The notes: generated by a model not told the origin, from the letters alone. Positions 36,747 to 49,668 are shown, counted from the first letter of the stretch. The stretch is 64,000 nt of DNA from Octopus sinensis (GCF_006345805.1 NC_043000.1:123442001-123506000); one strand, 5' to 3'. Made by a program: numbers and translations.

Positions 36747-37109
36747 GGGATCTTTTTGGTTTGAACTGCAGTTTTTTCTAGCGGTGTCATATGAAATTGT
36801 CACCCATAATTATGACCCTAGTATCGATCTATTGCATTTCAATCTGTTTTAGGGTTAGGGTTAGGGCTAGGGGTGAGGAACATATTCATACGGCACTGAA
36901 TGTTTTCACCTCAATAGACGTCATTGATTGGTTGAAATTGCAGAAATTGAAGAAGAAAAAAACAAATATCTTACAAACTCTAGAATTTTCTCAATAAAAC
37001 CAAGAGAAAAAGATGTTTTATAAACACATTCTACCAGTATACGAAGTTTAAAAGTTTAGTTACGTGGAAATTATTTTTAAAAACTGCCGGTCAAACCGAA
37101 AAGATCCCC
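36747..37109. mobile_element. Non-autonomous TIR element with internal TTAGGG repeats
   Basis: ~30-bp TIRs GGGATCTTTTTGGTTTGAACTGCAGTTTTT / AAAAACTGCCGGTCAAACCGAAAAGATCCCC; GCCCT on both flanks; TTAGGGTTAGGGTTAGGGCTAGGGG at ~36849-36874. Confidence 0.85.
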
Positions 37110-37828
37110 GCCCTGTTACAACGTCATCAAACCTATTATTTCTATTCTTAACTTTTTTCTCACAATAGACACATGGGAAAATTTAACTGTCTTCACATGT
37201 TTTCTGTTTACAACAGAAGTTTTTGGCTAAGACTTAAAAAGCAATTACTTTCAACTTCTTCCCATGGTTGCAATCAATAAAAGTATTATAGAGGTTCGTT
37301 GCTGCTCTTTTACTTTCACATAGTCTAAAGCATTGATGTGAAATATCTTATCAGATCACCTACTGACATACTAGTAGTGGTCCGATTATCCGTAAATACT
37401 CACAGTCAATTAATTGAAACTTGTCCTTGTTGATCTCGTAGCGCGAGTCACAAGCAACCTGTTAGATTATTTATCCCATTTTTCTCATTGCCTTCTAATT
37501 ATTATCTAGGAAAGGTCAGATTTTCTTTTTCCTTTGTTTTCTTTTTTTCATCCATTAATTAGGGACGGCTGTTGACACATTCATTAGCGGCGAACTCGTC
37601 TGATTGCTGAGGTGAAATGTAGTTGTCAGTTGTAAACGACAAGCGGAGTAACTCGTTCACTCTGTGAGGAGGTAGGCTGCTAATTAATATACTCGCAGCC
37701 ATCCTTTGTTGACACTAGCTGGATCTAAGTCACAGCCAACCGTTTGAGTGAATTAATATTTCTTGGTTCGATTTTTGCCATGATGACGTACAGCTAAAAC
37801 TTATCTCCCTGTATATAGACATATATTA

Positions 37829-37872
<44 letters not shown>

Positions 37873-38067
37873 TTAATATACAAACCGGTGTGTGAGTATA
37901 TATATGTACATATATGTAGGTAATTTCTGTTTATAGTTGAATAACAATGCATATATGTATGTATATACGGATGTATTATACTTTTAATAAGTGGTAAAGT
38001 GCGAGAGACGACACAGTTGATCTCAAGTATCCATTCTCGGAGTACATTAAAGAGCTTTCGTCTTCAG

Positions 38068-38129
38068 ACAACCTGTTGAGAGAATGGACACTACCACAAA
38101 CCAGGTACCAGGTGCTGAATTAAGCGGAG
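38068..38129 (+). CDS. Candidate first coding exon (ATG 38084) of unidentified plus-strand gene
   Basis: Acceptor CTTTCGTCTTCAG, AGAATGG start context, MDTTTNQVPGAELSG+1 nt, donor GAG|GTAAAT; phase fits 56645-56768. Confidence 0.35.
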
Positions 38130-38797
38130 GTAAATCACTTCAATTTTATATCCCATACGCATTAGGATCATTTAAAATCGTATGACTCCGTATTTTTCAT
38201 ATGGAATAATTCCAGACAATATTGTTGATAGTTTCAATATGTTACGTCAACTATACTGTAATGTTGTATCGAAGGAAATGCGCGTTAATTCTAAATAAGT
38301 TCCCAGGCTTAATATTCGAGCGACACCCTTGTTTTAAATTAGTATAAAAGTACACAGGAAAGAAGAAAATTACATATAATCCTATTATTTATTCTTTTGT
38401 CTCGTGTGTTGGTGTCTTTGTAGTTATCCCACCCTCGTCCCTGCACTCTAATTATTTAAGGAGCGTTAAAGCAATTTGCTAGACTTTCTACCGGTTCCCG
38501 CGTACATTTTTTCTAAGTTTCCTTTAACTTCGTGAACCAGTATAACTACCTGCTTTTTAGACTACAGTCAACATTTTACCGTAAGGAAATTCTAATGACT
38601 ACTGTTTTATAGATTATTTAATTTTGGCACGTAAATACTTCACCTGTAATAAGGGTTAAATGCTTTAAATAGAGCTTAACTCCCGTTACACTTATCATAA
38701 AGGTTATTTTCGGTTGTTGTTTGAAACCAATTCACTTTTCTTCCGTATAGGAAAAGTATGAATGTTGCAACTGTCCAGTTCTCCCTCACTTCTTTAT

Positions 38798-39015
38798 CCC
38801 TTTAGTGTTCAGATTACTCGGTTAAATGTAATACTTTTTCACTCAAATTGTTTTGAATTAATCATGCATTATCTTATAGCTTTGAGGTTTCAATGATGTG
38901 ATTGATTAGTTTTAGAATGTCAATGTAGGTTAGGTGTGAGGGGCTAGATATGGCCAGTTTGAATATAAAACGTAGAATATCTGGGCCAGATATGGCCGGT
39001 TTAAACACTAGAGGG
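38798..39015. mobile_element. TTAA-type (piggyBac-like ends) MITE family 1
   Basis: CCCTTTAGTGTT ... AACACTAGAGGG termini; flanks TTAT/TTAA. Confidence 0.8.
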
Positions 39016-39831
39016 TTAAATCTCTATCAGAAATCTCTTTCGCATGTTGGACTTGTTTAGTTACTGTTTAATATAGCAGAAATAAGCGTCTGTCACAATT
39101 TGTATTTTCACTTGATATTCACATTTATTCACTTCACTTGGGTTCGTTTTCGAAATCGTTGGTGAATGGAAGAACTTGTTGCAGAATAGCATCAGAAACA
39201 TTACCATATGGATTCACGTTTAGCCTCGGTAATTTTTTTTTTTCATCTCTTAACGACGTGGTGCTGTACCACCACATCAAAAAGCAGTCATTTTAGGTTG
39301 TACAGTTTGGATATTTCGTGCGGTTAATGGAACAGGGCCGTTCCGTGAGCTAGGAATTGTTAGGAACACTAATTTTCTAGTGTTGTTGTAGACAGGCAAA
39401 AGAGAATGAACTTTTACGAACCCCACGACCAAATCTTCAAATTACACACTGCCTTAAATATAGAAACATTAGAGCATAAAAGAAGATGCCTTGTGTTTTT
39501 ATTTCTAATCTGACTGAGGCCTACTTAGTCATCCACTTTAATATCCCCACCTGACATCTTGGGTACCTTTATCGGGTTCCACTTTATTGCAATCATTCAG
39601 ACCAAGTCTCTGACTTAAGGTTACTTTCTTCCTTGCTCTTACTTATCTAGGAGGCCCCCTAAAAGGTCACGAGTCCTACTTTTCTCTTCAGATTAAGAAA
39701 AAGAAAATTGATTGCCTACATACCATATGACTGCTCAATGAAGAATACCCACAGATACATAACAGGTTAAGACAGACAATGCATCAGAGAAGAAGAAAAA
39801 ATAAAATATACAAGAAATATTATGGATATAC

Positions 39832-40228
39832 AGGCATGGCTGTATGGTAAGAAGTTCACTTCTCAACCACATGGTCCTGGGTTCAGTCCTACTGCATGGC
39901 AACTTGAGCAAGTGTCTTCTACTATATAGCCTTATATAGGCTACTCACAAGGCTGACAAAAGCCTTGTGAGTAGATTTAGTAGAAGAAAACTGAAAGAAG
40001 GTTGTCATGTATATAGATATGTGTGTGTGTGTGTCTTTGTGTCTGTGTTTGACCTCCACTACCACGTGACAACCGGTGTTGGTGTGTTTATGTCCTCATA
40101 ACTTAGCAGTTTGGCAAAAGAGACTGATAGAACAATAAAGAAAAATAAGTACTGTGGTTGATTCATTCGACTAAAAAGATTCTTCAAGGTGGTGCCCCAG
40201 CATGGCCATATTCTAATGACTGAAGCAA
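39832..40228 (+). mobile_element. SINE-B, CpG-decayed
   Basis: Diverged full-length copy. Confidence 0.85.
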
Positions 40229-40461
40229 AATATAATATGGTTGAGGCACTGGACTACTAACTACATACATGGTGGTCATGAGTTCAAACTTTACTGCATC
40301 CAAAGCCATTGTGATATGTTCCTGAGAAAGACTCATAATCACCTATCTATGAAAGGAAATGCTTTTATACACTGCCCCAGTCTGACTGGACTTTGTTCAG
40401 TATGAGAGATAAAATAAAGAATTCTGGGGCCTAAAGATAACCATGATGTTTGTAATTGTTA

Positions 40462-40850
40462 TTCTTTTATACTCTTTTACTTGTTTCAGTCATGTGACTG
40501 TGGCCATGCTGGAGCACCACCTTTAGTCAAGCAAATCGACCCCAAGATTTATTCTTTTTAAGCCTAGTACTTATTCTATCGGTCTCTTTTGCTGAACCGC
40601 TAAGTTACAGGGACATAAACACACCAGCATCGGTTGGGGGGGGACAAACACAGACACACAAATATATACACACACATACATATATACGACAGGCTTCTTT
40701 CCGTTTCTGTCTACCAAATCCACTCACAAGGCTTTGGTCGACCCGAGGCTATAGTAGAAGACACTTGCCCAAGGTACCACACAGTGGGACTGAACCTGGA
40801 ACCATGTGGTTGGTAAGCAAGCTACTTACCACACAGCCTCTCCTATGCCT
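40462..40850 (-). mobile_element. SINE-B, full length
   Basis: Head at ~40850, CTCTTTTAC tail at ~40470. Confidence 0.9.
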
Positions 40851-41204
40851 ATTGTTGTTTATTCACTGCTCAAGCCTGATCAAGCAGACAGACTTAACCC
40901 TTTCTTATGTGGAAAGTAGACATACCCTCTCAAAATTTCATTACCCTTAACTGCAGAAAGCAGTTTTATACACCAATCTATCTTTTGTTGAGGAATGTCT
41001 TGTTTGAAACTGTTTTCTCTTGAAATATTTCAAGTTTACTGAAGCAACATTACTAACAGACATTACTCATTCTATTATTTTTTGGTAGATATTTTACATC
41101 ATTACTGGAAATAACCATGGAATTTAATTTTGCAGCAATGGGGTTAAGTAAAAAAAAAAAAAAAAAAAAAAAAGGAATACCAGGCTATGTATATCTGGAA
41201 TAAT

Positions 41205-41436
41205 ATTATCTGTTTCTTTATTACCCACAAGGGGCTAAACATAGAGGGGACAAACAAGGACAGACAAACGGATTACGTCAATTACATCGACCCAGTGCGT
41301 AACTGGTACTTAATTTATCAACCCCGAAAGGATGAAAGGCAAAGTCGACCTCGGCGGAATTTGAACTCAGAACGTAGCAATGGGCGAAATACCACTTTGC
41401 CCTGCGTGCTAACGTTTCTGCCAGCTCGCCGCCTTA
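41205..41436 (-). mobile_element. SINE-A monomer
   Basis: Complete body. Confidence 0.88.
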
Positions 41437-42132
41437 TATATCTGGAGTTATATTATCCAGTATACCCTTTTGTTTTTTAAGGCAGTAAAGTCTGGTGATT
41501 TGAAGAATTGGCTGCTATTTCTTGCAGTCTGAGCTTGTACATGGATACTTACTTCTTGCTTTATCCTTTTCAGACATTTAATGTTTTCTTATTCTTCTAG
41601 GAGAAAAATCCTGTCTTTATCTCTGAAATATTTGACTGCATTTAAATGGAGGCCAGAAAAAATGTCTTAAGAAAGATGGTTTCAATTAAAATATTCTGAT
41701 AAGATTGGTGATCCAAACGGGAGAATAGAACTCAAAAAATGTCTGTTCAAGTATCACAATAGCATGAAACTATTATTAGTTCTTCAAATTCTGCTGAAGT
41801 CAACTTTGCCTTTCATTCTTTCAGGGTTGATTAAATAAGTACCAGTTACGCACTGGGGTTGATGTAATTGACTTAATCCCTTTGCCTGTCCTTGTGGGCA
41901 GTAAAGAAATATATATATATATTAATAAATTTTAGGGTAGCAAAAAAATTCTCCGCTACCAGCGGTCCAGTGAGAAAGAAAAAAATAGTCAATAGACTAT
42001 GTAATATACATTCAAACATATAAGAGATGGCCATAATAGGACATCTGACTCACTAGAAAGAGCAGTTAAACTCCAAACCACTAATACTTGTAATTCTGAA
42101 GTGGAAAGAGAAATAAAAACGTTTACCGTATC

Positions 42133-42216
42133 TTTTCTGGACTATGCATAGTTTCGGCAATCTTTTGTAAATAAAATAAAATTATTTACGATTGGTGTTG
42201 CCTCTTCAGCAGAAAA
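42133..42216 (-). ncRNA. Canonical type I hammerhead ribozyme motif
   Basis: Minus: TTTTCTG-CTGAAGA-GGCAA...TTGCC-GAAA-CTATGCATAG-TC-CAGAAAA; 7-bp stem I, intact CUGANGA/GAAA core, 5-bp stem II, palindromic stem III ACTATGCATAGT, GUC triplet (plus 42140-42142). Confidence 0.85.
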
Positions 42217-42271
42217 CCTTGTGCCTATATGCTAGCCTTGGTTTTCTGCTGAAGAGGCAACACCAATCGTA
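42187..42271. repeat. Perfect 32-bp inverted repeat with 21-nt loop
   Basis: TACGATTGGTGTTGCCTCTTCAGCAGAAAACC (42187-42218) and its exact reverse complement (42240-42271). Confidence 0.95.
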
Positions 42272-42447
42272 GTATATTTAAACGCATGTTGATCTTATGA
42301 ACATGTTTGTGGGTTACATGATCACTAACTTACAGCTATTAAAAATTATTGATGTTGTTTTTAAATAAATGGATTATTGTTATATTTAATTGTTTGCCAT
42401 TGATAGTGGGGATGACAGGTGTTTATTGATATTGTAGAAATTAGTTA

Positions 42448-42668
42448 AAGGTGGCAAGCCGGCAGAAACGTTAGCACGCCGGGTGAAATGCGTAGCCGTA
42501 TTTCGTCTGCCGTTACGTTCAAATTCCACCGAGGTCAACTTTGCCTTTCATCCTTTCAGGGTCGATGAATAAAGTACCAGTTTCGCACTGGGGTCGATGT
42601 AATTGACTTAATCCCTTTGTCTGTCCTTGTTTGTCCCCTCTATGTTTAGCCCCTTGTGGGCAATAATT
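42448..42668 (+). mobile_element. SINE-A monomer
   Basis: Complete body. Confidence 0.88.
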
Positions 42669-42870
42669 TCTAAATAGATATTGTAGAAATTAGTTAAAAT
42701 TTGAGGTTGGGGTAAAGATCTTGGTTCAGAGATCAAATTCTGACAAAATTTAGTTTAGCTATTGTTATGAATTGGCCAAGTTTTTGTATATATTGAAATA
42801 CCATCACACATACACGCATGCATTTACACATGCATGTATGCATGCACACACAAATAATGCAGTATATAGA

Positions 42871-43660
42871 GGCACAGGTGTGGCTGTGTGATAAGAAATG
42901 TGCTTTCCAAGGCGGTGAGCTGGCAGAAACGTTAGCACACCGGGCAAAATGCTTAGCGGTAATTCATCTGTTGCCATGTTCTGAGTTCAAATTCCCTTGA
43001 GGTCGACTTAGCCTTTCATCCTTTCGGGGTTGATTAAATAAGTACCAGTTACGCACTGAGGTCGATGTAATCGACTTAATCCATCTCTCTGTCCTTGTTT
43101 GTCTCCTGTGTTTAGCCCCTTGTGGGTAGTAAAGAAATAGGTATTTCGTCTTTCACCACATTCTGAGTTCAAATTCTGCTGAGGTTGACTTTGCCTTTCA
43201 TCCTTTCGGGGTCGATTAAATAAGTACTGGGGTCAATATAATCGACTTAATCCATTGTCTGTCCCCTCTGTGTGTAGCCCCTTGTGGGCAATAAAGAAAT
43301 AAGAAATGTGCTTTCCAACCACATGGTTCTGGGTTTGATTGCAATGTGTGGCACTTTGAGTAAGTGTCTTCTATAGACTTAGGCTGATCAAAGCCTTGTG
43401 AGTGGATTTGGTAGATGGAAACTGAAAGAGGCCCTATCATATGTGTGTGTGTCTGTGTGTCACCTACCCACCACCAATGCTTGACAACTAGCGTTGGCTT
43501 GTTTACTTCCCTGTTAGCTAGTGGTTTGGCAAAAGGGACCAATGGAATACCTACTGGGGTTTTAAATATATAAATACTGATTCATTCAACTAAAATTCCT
43601 CCAGACAATGCCCCAGCATGGCCACAGTCCAATGACTGAAACAAGTAAAAGATAAAAGAT
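42871..43660 (+). mobile_element. SINE-B interrupted by a SINE-A dimer (42911-43299) with 19-bp TSD
   Basis: TAAGAAATGTGCTTTCCAA at 42892-42910 and 43300-43318; dimer junction AAAGAAATA|GGTATTTCG at ~43139. Confidence 0.9.
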
Positions 43661-43679
43661 ATATGGTTCTAAATTAGAA

Positions 43680-44672
43680 TGAGCTGGCAGAAACGTTAGC
43701 ACACCGGGCGAAATGCTTAGCGGTATTTCGTCTGCCGTTACGTTCTGAGTTCAAATTCCGCCGAGGTCAACTTTGCCTTTCATCCTTTCAGGGTCAATAA
43801 ATTAAGTACCAGTTACACACTGGAGTCGATATAATCGACTTAATCCGTCTGTCTGTCCTTATTTGTCCTCTCTGTGTTTAGCCCCTTGTGAGTAGTAAAG
43901 AAATGGGTATATGGTTCTAAATTATACAAAAGAGAGAGACAGGTAAGAGAACAACAAACGAGGTGTATTAATTTGGCACTCAGGGAAAATAGAAGAGTCT
44001 ACACTCTTCTACAGAATGGAATGAGGAGAGAAAACGGATGGAGAGAAGAAAAAAAAAGTGGAGGAGAGAAAAACCATTCCTTGTTATGTATGCATCATCT
44101 TCATCATTTTTGCAACTGCTTTTTCATATTTGCATGAATCAGACAGGATTTGTTGAAGCAGATTTGCTGCAGGTGGTTGCCCTTCGTGTCACCAACCCTT
44201 ACCTGTTTCCTACGTTCTGAGTTCAAATTCCGCTGAGGTCGACTTTGCCTTTCATCCTTTCGGGGTCGATTAAATAAGTACCAGTTACGCACTGGGGTCG
44301 ATGTAATCGACTTAACCGTCTTGTTTGTCCCCTCTATGTTTAGCCCCTTGTGGGTAGTAAAGAAATAAAAAATATTTCCCCATGGATAGACATGTTTCTG
44401 TGGAAGACTGGAAGTGACTGACACCAATTGCCTGATGCTTTACTCTTGCTCTTTTTTACTCTTTTACTTGTTTCAGTCGTTTGACTGTGGCCATGCTGGA
44501 GCACTGCCTTTAGTCGAGCAAATCAACCCCAGGACTTATTCTTTGTAAGCCCAGTACTTATTCTATCAGTCTCTTTTGCCGAACCGCTAAGTGACGGCAA
44601 CGTAAACACACCAGCATCGATTGTCAAGCATCGATTGTCAAGCAATGCTAGGGGACAAACACAGACACACAA

Positions 44673-44745
<73 letters not shown>

Positions 44746-44872
44746 CGACGGGCTACTTCTTTCAGTTTCTGTCTACCAAATCCACTCACAAGGCTTTGGT
44801 CGGCCCGAGGCTATAGTAGAAGACACTTGCCCAAGATGCCACACAGTGGGACTGAACCCGGAACCATGTGCT
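43680..44872. mobile_element. SINE-A (43680-43912 +), truncated SINE-A (44212-44368 +) and SINE-B (44455-44872 -)
   Basis: Family-diagnostic segments in each. Confidence 0.88.
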
Positions 44873-45124
44873 TGTTTATAATTGTTACTCAATATGAAAA
44901 CAACACACACACACCTATACTCATACATGCACCACCAACACCAAATCTATTCATGAGGCTTTGGTCAGCCTGGGATTATAACAAAAGACACTTACTGAAG
45001 GTGCCATGCTGTGGGACTGAAGCTAAAACCACTTAGTTGGGAAATAAACTTATTAACCATACAGCCATACTTGGAGAAATTAAAACATAATTACCAAATG
45101 GCTGTTTCATTGATAATTTCAATG

Positions 45125-45448
45125 ACTTCCCATGCCAGTGGCACATAAAAAGCATCATCCGAACATTGCTGATGCCAGTATCCCCTGACTGGCTCCCATG
45201 CTGGTAGCACATAAAAAGCACTATCCAAATGTGATCAATGCCAGGCCCGCCTGACTGGCTTCTGTGCTGGTGACACATAAAAAGTACCCATTATACTCTC
45301 GGAGTGGTTGGTGTTAGGAAGGGCATTCAGCTGTAGAAATATTACCAGATCAGATTGAAGCCTGGTGCAGCCCCTGGCTCTCCAGACCTCAGTCAAACCG
45401 TCCAACTGATGCCAGCATTGAAAACAGGCATTAAATGATGATGATGAT
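45125..45448 (+). mobile_element. 5'-truncated RTE 3' end with (ATG)n tail
   Basis: Homologous to 32672-32977. Confidence 0.82.
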
Positions 45449-45679
45449 GTTGCAAGGTGGCTGGACCATTAGCTCACCGGACAAAAATGCTCAGTGATAT
45501 TTCTTCCAGTTTATTCTAAATTGAAATTCTTTCAAGGTCACCAGTTGAGCACTGGGCTCAGTATAATCGACTTGCTCCCTCCCGCAAAAATTTTAGGCCT
45601 TGTGTGTATAGCAGAAAGGTTTATCTTTAGTTCTATTTTTCAAATAATTTTCTAAAGATAAAGATACATAAAAGTAAAG

Positions 45680-46010
45680 ACCCCATTCAGTCATGAATGA
45701 CCATGGGATTGCAGCTAGAAAGTTCCCCACCAAGGTACAAGTGTGGACAAAGTTGTTTATGGAAGACCAGCAGTTGCTCATGCACACCAACCTCCCCTCT
45801 CCACACCACTGATGTTATCCAAGTGAAAGGCAAAGGCCGATACAGCTTGGCACCCGTGATGTCTCAACTTATTTCTACAGCTGAGTGAACAGGAACAATG
45901 TGAAATGAAGTGTCTTGCTCAAAGACACAACACAGAGCCCAGTCCCAGAATCGAACTTACTACTTCATGATTGTGAGCCCAATGTTCTAACTACTGAACC
46001 ATGCACCTTT
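45680..46010 (-). mobile_element. tRNA-derived SINE with a further distinct 3' body
   Basis: Minus head GGTGCATGGTTCAGTAGTTAG, AGTTCGATTCT B box, TTGTGTCTTTGAGCAAGACACTT segment. Confidence 0.7.
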
Positions 46011-46450
46011 ACTAAGGATACAGATTGTCTGAATAATTCCTGTTATAATTCACACAATGAACATGGAACTACAGAACACTAATTATATAGGAATTTCAGG
46101 GAACAGCATATAAACATATAATTTTTATGAATTTCTGATAAAAAAGAAATGTCGTAGTGTTTGTACATCCAACAAAAATATAAGAAAAGGAAGCAAAGAA
46201 AAAAAAAATGCGAATACTAATTACCTAAGTAGTTCATTTCAAGCATATTTTAGCTATTTTGAGAAGCCATAAAATAAGCAAAACATGTCAAATATAAATT
46301 TGATGTCTAGCAACCAAGATATCAGTAGAACCAACAGCTATGTAAAATATATATGAATATCACAGACAACTAATAGAATTATATATATAGTGAGTTAAAA
46401 AAAACCAATGCAATTTGCAAAGTTATAGTAAAGTGCATACTGAATATATA

Positions 46451-47260
46451 TCATCATCTTCATCGTTTAATGTCCGTTCTACATGCTAGCATGAGTTGGA
46501 CGGTTCGGCTGGGGATTTGGGAAGCCAGAAGGCTGCACCAGGCTCCAGTCTTATCTGGCAGTGTTATATATATATATACTCTTTACTCTTTTACTTGCTT
46601 CAGTCATTTGACTGTGGCCACCTTTAGTCGAGCAAATCAACCCCAAGACTTATTCTTTGTAAGCCTAGTACTTATTCCATCAGTCTCTTTTGCTGAACTG
46701 CTAGGTTATGGGGACATAAACACACCAGCATCAGTTCTCAAGCAGTGGGGGGAGGGGGCAGGCACACAAACACATACATACACCCATATATAAATATACA
46801 CATATATACGACAGGCTGCTTTCAGTTTCCATCTACCAAATTCACTCACAAGGCTTTGGTCGGCCTGAGGCTAAAAGCCTGGGATGCCAGGAAGCTGCAC
46901 CAGGCTCCAGTCTGATCTGGCAGTGTTTCTACGTCATTCCTAACGCCAACCACTCCGTGAGTGTAGTGGGTGCTTTTTACATGCCACCGGTACAGGGGGC
47001 AGAGGAGGCTGGCAAACGGCCATGATCAGACGGTGCTTTTTACGTGCCACTGACACGGACGCCAGTCAGGCAGCACTGGCATCAGCCACGTTCGGACAGT
47101 GCTTTTAACATGTCACCGGCATGGGTATCATAACTACAATTTCCATTTGATTTTTATTTTGATGTTGATGTTGACGTACTTGACTCAATAGGTCTCCTCA
47201 AGAACAGCGGGTCACTCTACGATCCAAGGTTAGCACAGCAGGCCATCCTGCGAGCCATGA
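46451..47260 (-). mobile_element. RTE 3' end split by SINE-B (~46578-46872); ~50 bp repeated on both sides of the SINE
   Basis: (CAT)n tail at 46451; GCTGCACCAGGCTCCAGTCT.ATCTGGCAGTGTT at ~46530 and ~46893. Confidence 0.8.
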
Positions 47261-47553
47261 ACTTACTTCATTTGTCTGTCGTATGTAGGACTTACTATAT
47301 ACTTTTGAAAAATGCTAAACCATTGTACTACACTTGTATCTTGGCATCTGAAGCAGCAAGAGATATGATAGTTTGACCAAAAGAACTGGCTATTGTAGAC
47401 AAAATTAAATATTGAAAGAAACACATTTGGCCAAATTTGGACATACAACAGTTTAACATAATAGCAATAATATGTTTTTGAAGAATATTGGAAATGAAAG
47501 GCACCGCTTACCGGATGGTAACACTTGTTTTGTTAAGTAACTTGCAACACACG

Positions 47554-47590
<37 letters not shown>

Positions 47591-47982
47591 TTCTTTCAGT
47601 TCCTATCTACCAAGTCTACTTTCAGTTCTATGCAGCAGGATTGAACCTCGAACCTTCTGGTTGGAAACAAAGTTCTTACCACACAGGCACATCTGTTTGT
47701 TTGTGTGAGAGTGAGAGAGGGAGAGAGAGAGAGAGAACAATATTTCAAGCAGAAAATATTAAATTTCCAGGTTGTTTCTCAAATGTTAGTTAACGAAAAT
47801 TAAATTAGTACTGGTAATTATTTTTTACTATGAAATTAATAAAATTAAAATGCTAGTTTAATAAACATAAAATAATGAATTTATGGAAAAATAATGAAAA
47901 GGAAAATCTAAATTCATTTTACTGAAGCGAGAATCAAATATGGAAAAAGGAGATAACCTATTCAGTTTTTTTATAACATCAC

Positions 47983-48580
47983 ACAGACATGGCTGTGTAG
48001 TTGAGAAGCTCACTTTGCAATCATGTGGTTTTGGGTTCAGTCCCACTGCACCACCTTGATCAAGTGTCCTCTACTGTAACCTTGGGCCAACCGATGACTG
48101 GTGGGTGAATTTGATACATGGAAACTGTGTGAAAGCTTATCATATATGTGTGTGTGTTGCATTTGTCTCTCCATCGCTTGACAACCAGTACTGGTTTGTT
48201 TACTTCTCTGTAACTTAGTGATTTTCTGAAAAAGAGGCCAGTAAATATATACTTATTTCTTTATTACCCACAAGGGGCTAAACACAGAGGGGACAAACAA
48301 GGACAGACATAGGTATTAAGTCGATTACATCGACCCCAGTGCGTAACTGGTACTTAATTTATCGACCCCGAAAGGATGAAAGGCAAAGTCGACCTCAAGG
48401 GAATTTGAACTCAGAACGTAGCGGCAGATGAAATACTGCTAAGCATTTCGCCCGGCGTGCTAACGGTTCTGCCAGCTCGCCGCCTTAATATATACTGGGA
48501 TTGATTTGTTGGACTGAATCATTGGAGGCAGTGCCCCAACATGACCACAGTTCAATGGCTGAAACAAGTAAAAGATAAGA
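47983..48580. mobile_element. Old SINE-B (+) with nested young SINE-A (48254-48486 -, TSD AATATATACT)
   Basis: TSD at 48244-48253 and 48487-48496. Confidence 0.88.
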
Positions 48581-48717
48581 CATAGATTATCATAAATAAT
48601 CAGATAAAGCAGCTTCAAATTTTGGTAGATGCTGCATGTACACTTGGGAGCATAAGAAATGAGGGCTGTCAGACTGGTCTAACCAAAATTCATGTGGTCA
48701 GCTGAGTCTAGATTTAA

Positions 48718-48940
48718 CCCTTTCATTACCAACCTGGCTGAAACCAGCTCTGGCTCTGTAGTACAAACGTCTTATTTTCATAAGTTTTGAATTAAAATCT
48801 TCCACCAAAACTTAGTCACAATTTATGTTCCTAACACCAGCTTAATGATAACTAAGTTATTTTACTAAATTCTTTGTTATACTTAAAGTAATTTAAAGAA
48901 ATACAGAGCATCTCTCAAAATAAATACAGTAACGAAAGGG
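48718..48940. mobile_element. TTAA-type (piggyBac-like) MITE family 2, complete
   Basis: TTAA-CCCTTTCATTAC ... GTAACGAAAGGG-TTAA; reverse-oriented truncated copy at ~55290-55485. Confidence 0.88.
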
Positions 48941-49252
48941 TTAATTTGTTCAGCTCTGATGGTTGAATGTTCATTCATTATACAAGAGAAGAATCTCACC
49001 TAAATTATGTAAATCGGACAGTTAAGCATGGTGGTTTTAATGCCATGGTTTGGGGTGGGGGGCTGCATATCTAGAAAAGGGATCAGCTCTTTACATAAGA
49101 TTAAAGTTATTATGAACAGTGAAGTTTAATCTGGTGATCTTCCTGAAAACTGTAGTTCAACCACATGCCAGGAGACATTTGTGCCAGTCATAGAGTTTTC
49201 AACATGCAATGACATGATTATTCTGGCATATTGCTAGAATAATCAAGGAATT

Positions 49253-49668
49253 CGTAGTGGCACAAGCAGTCAGCGCCATATTGGATGAGATCTCGCGACA
49301 GCCATTGCCAACTCTGAGACTGGAGCGAGACCTCACCTGCATCCATTTACCATGCGCGAGATCACAACAAGGCTCACGATGGAAAACTGTATATAAGGGC
49401 AAAACAGAAACAGATTCAGTCATTTTCTTTCCACCTCTTAGCAGCAGCATTTGCTGATCGCACTCCATTGGCTGGACCTGTCTATATGTTGTATCTCCAG
49501 AGGCAATGTGCCCACACTAACAGAGCTACTACACCACGCACACACAGCTAAAGATGGTTGCTGAGAGCAGCACACTTCACCTATCCTATGCACCCTGTAA
49601 ATAAACCAGTTGTAAATTGCATTTGTGCTTGAAGTCTTCTCTCTTCACCTGCCGGAGCCTGAACTACA
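49253..49668 (+). mobile_element. Possible solo LTR
   Basis: Ends CGTAGT...ACTACA (near-perfect TGTAGT/ACTACA), internal AATAAA at ~49599, CpG-richer than flanks; no TSD found. Confidence 0.45.

Noticed and set aside
36849-36874. Interstitial telomere from chromosome fusion
   Set aside because: Only about four units, inside a TIR-bounded element.
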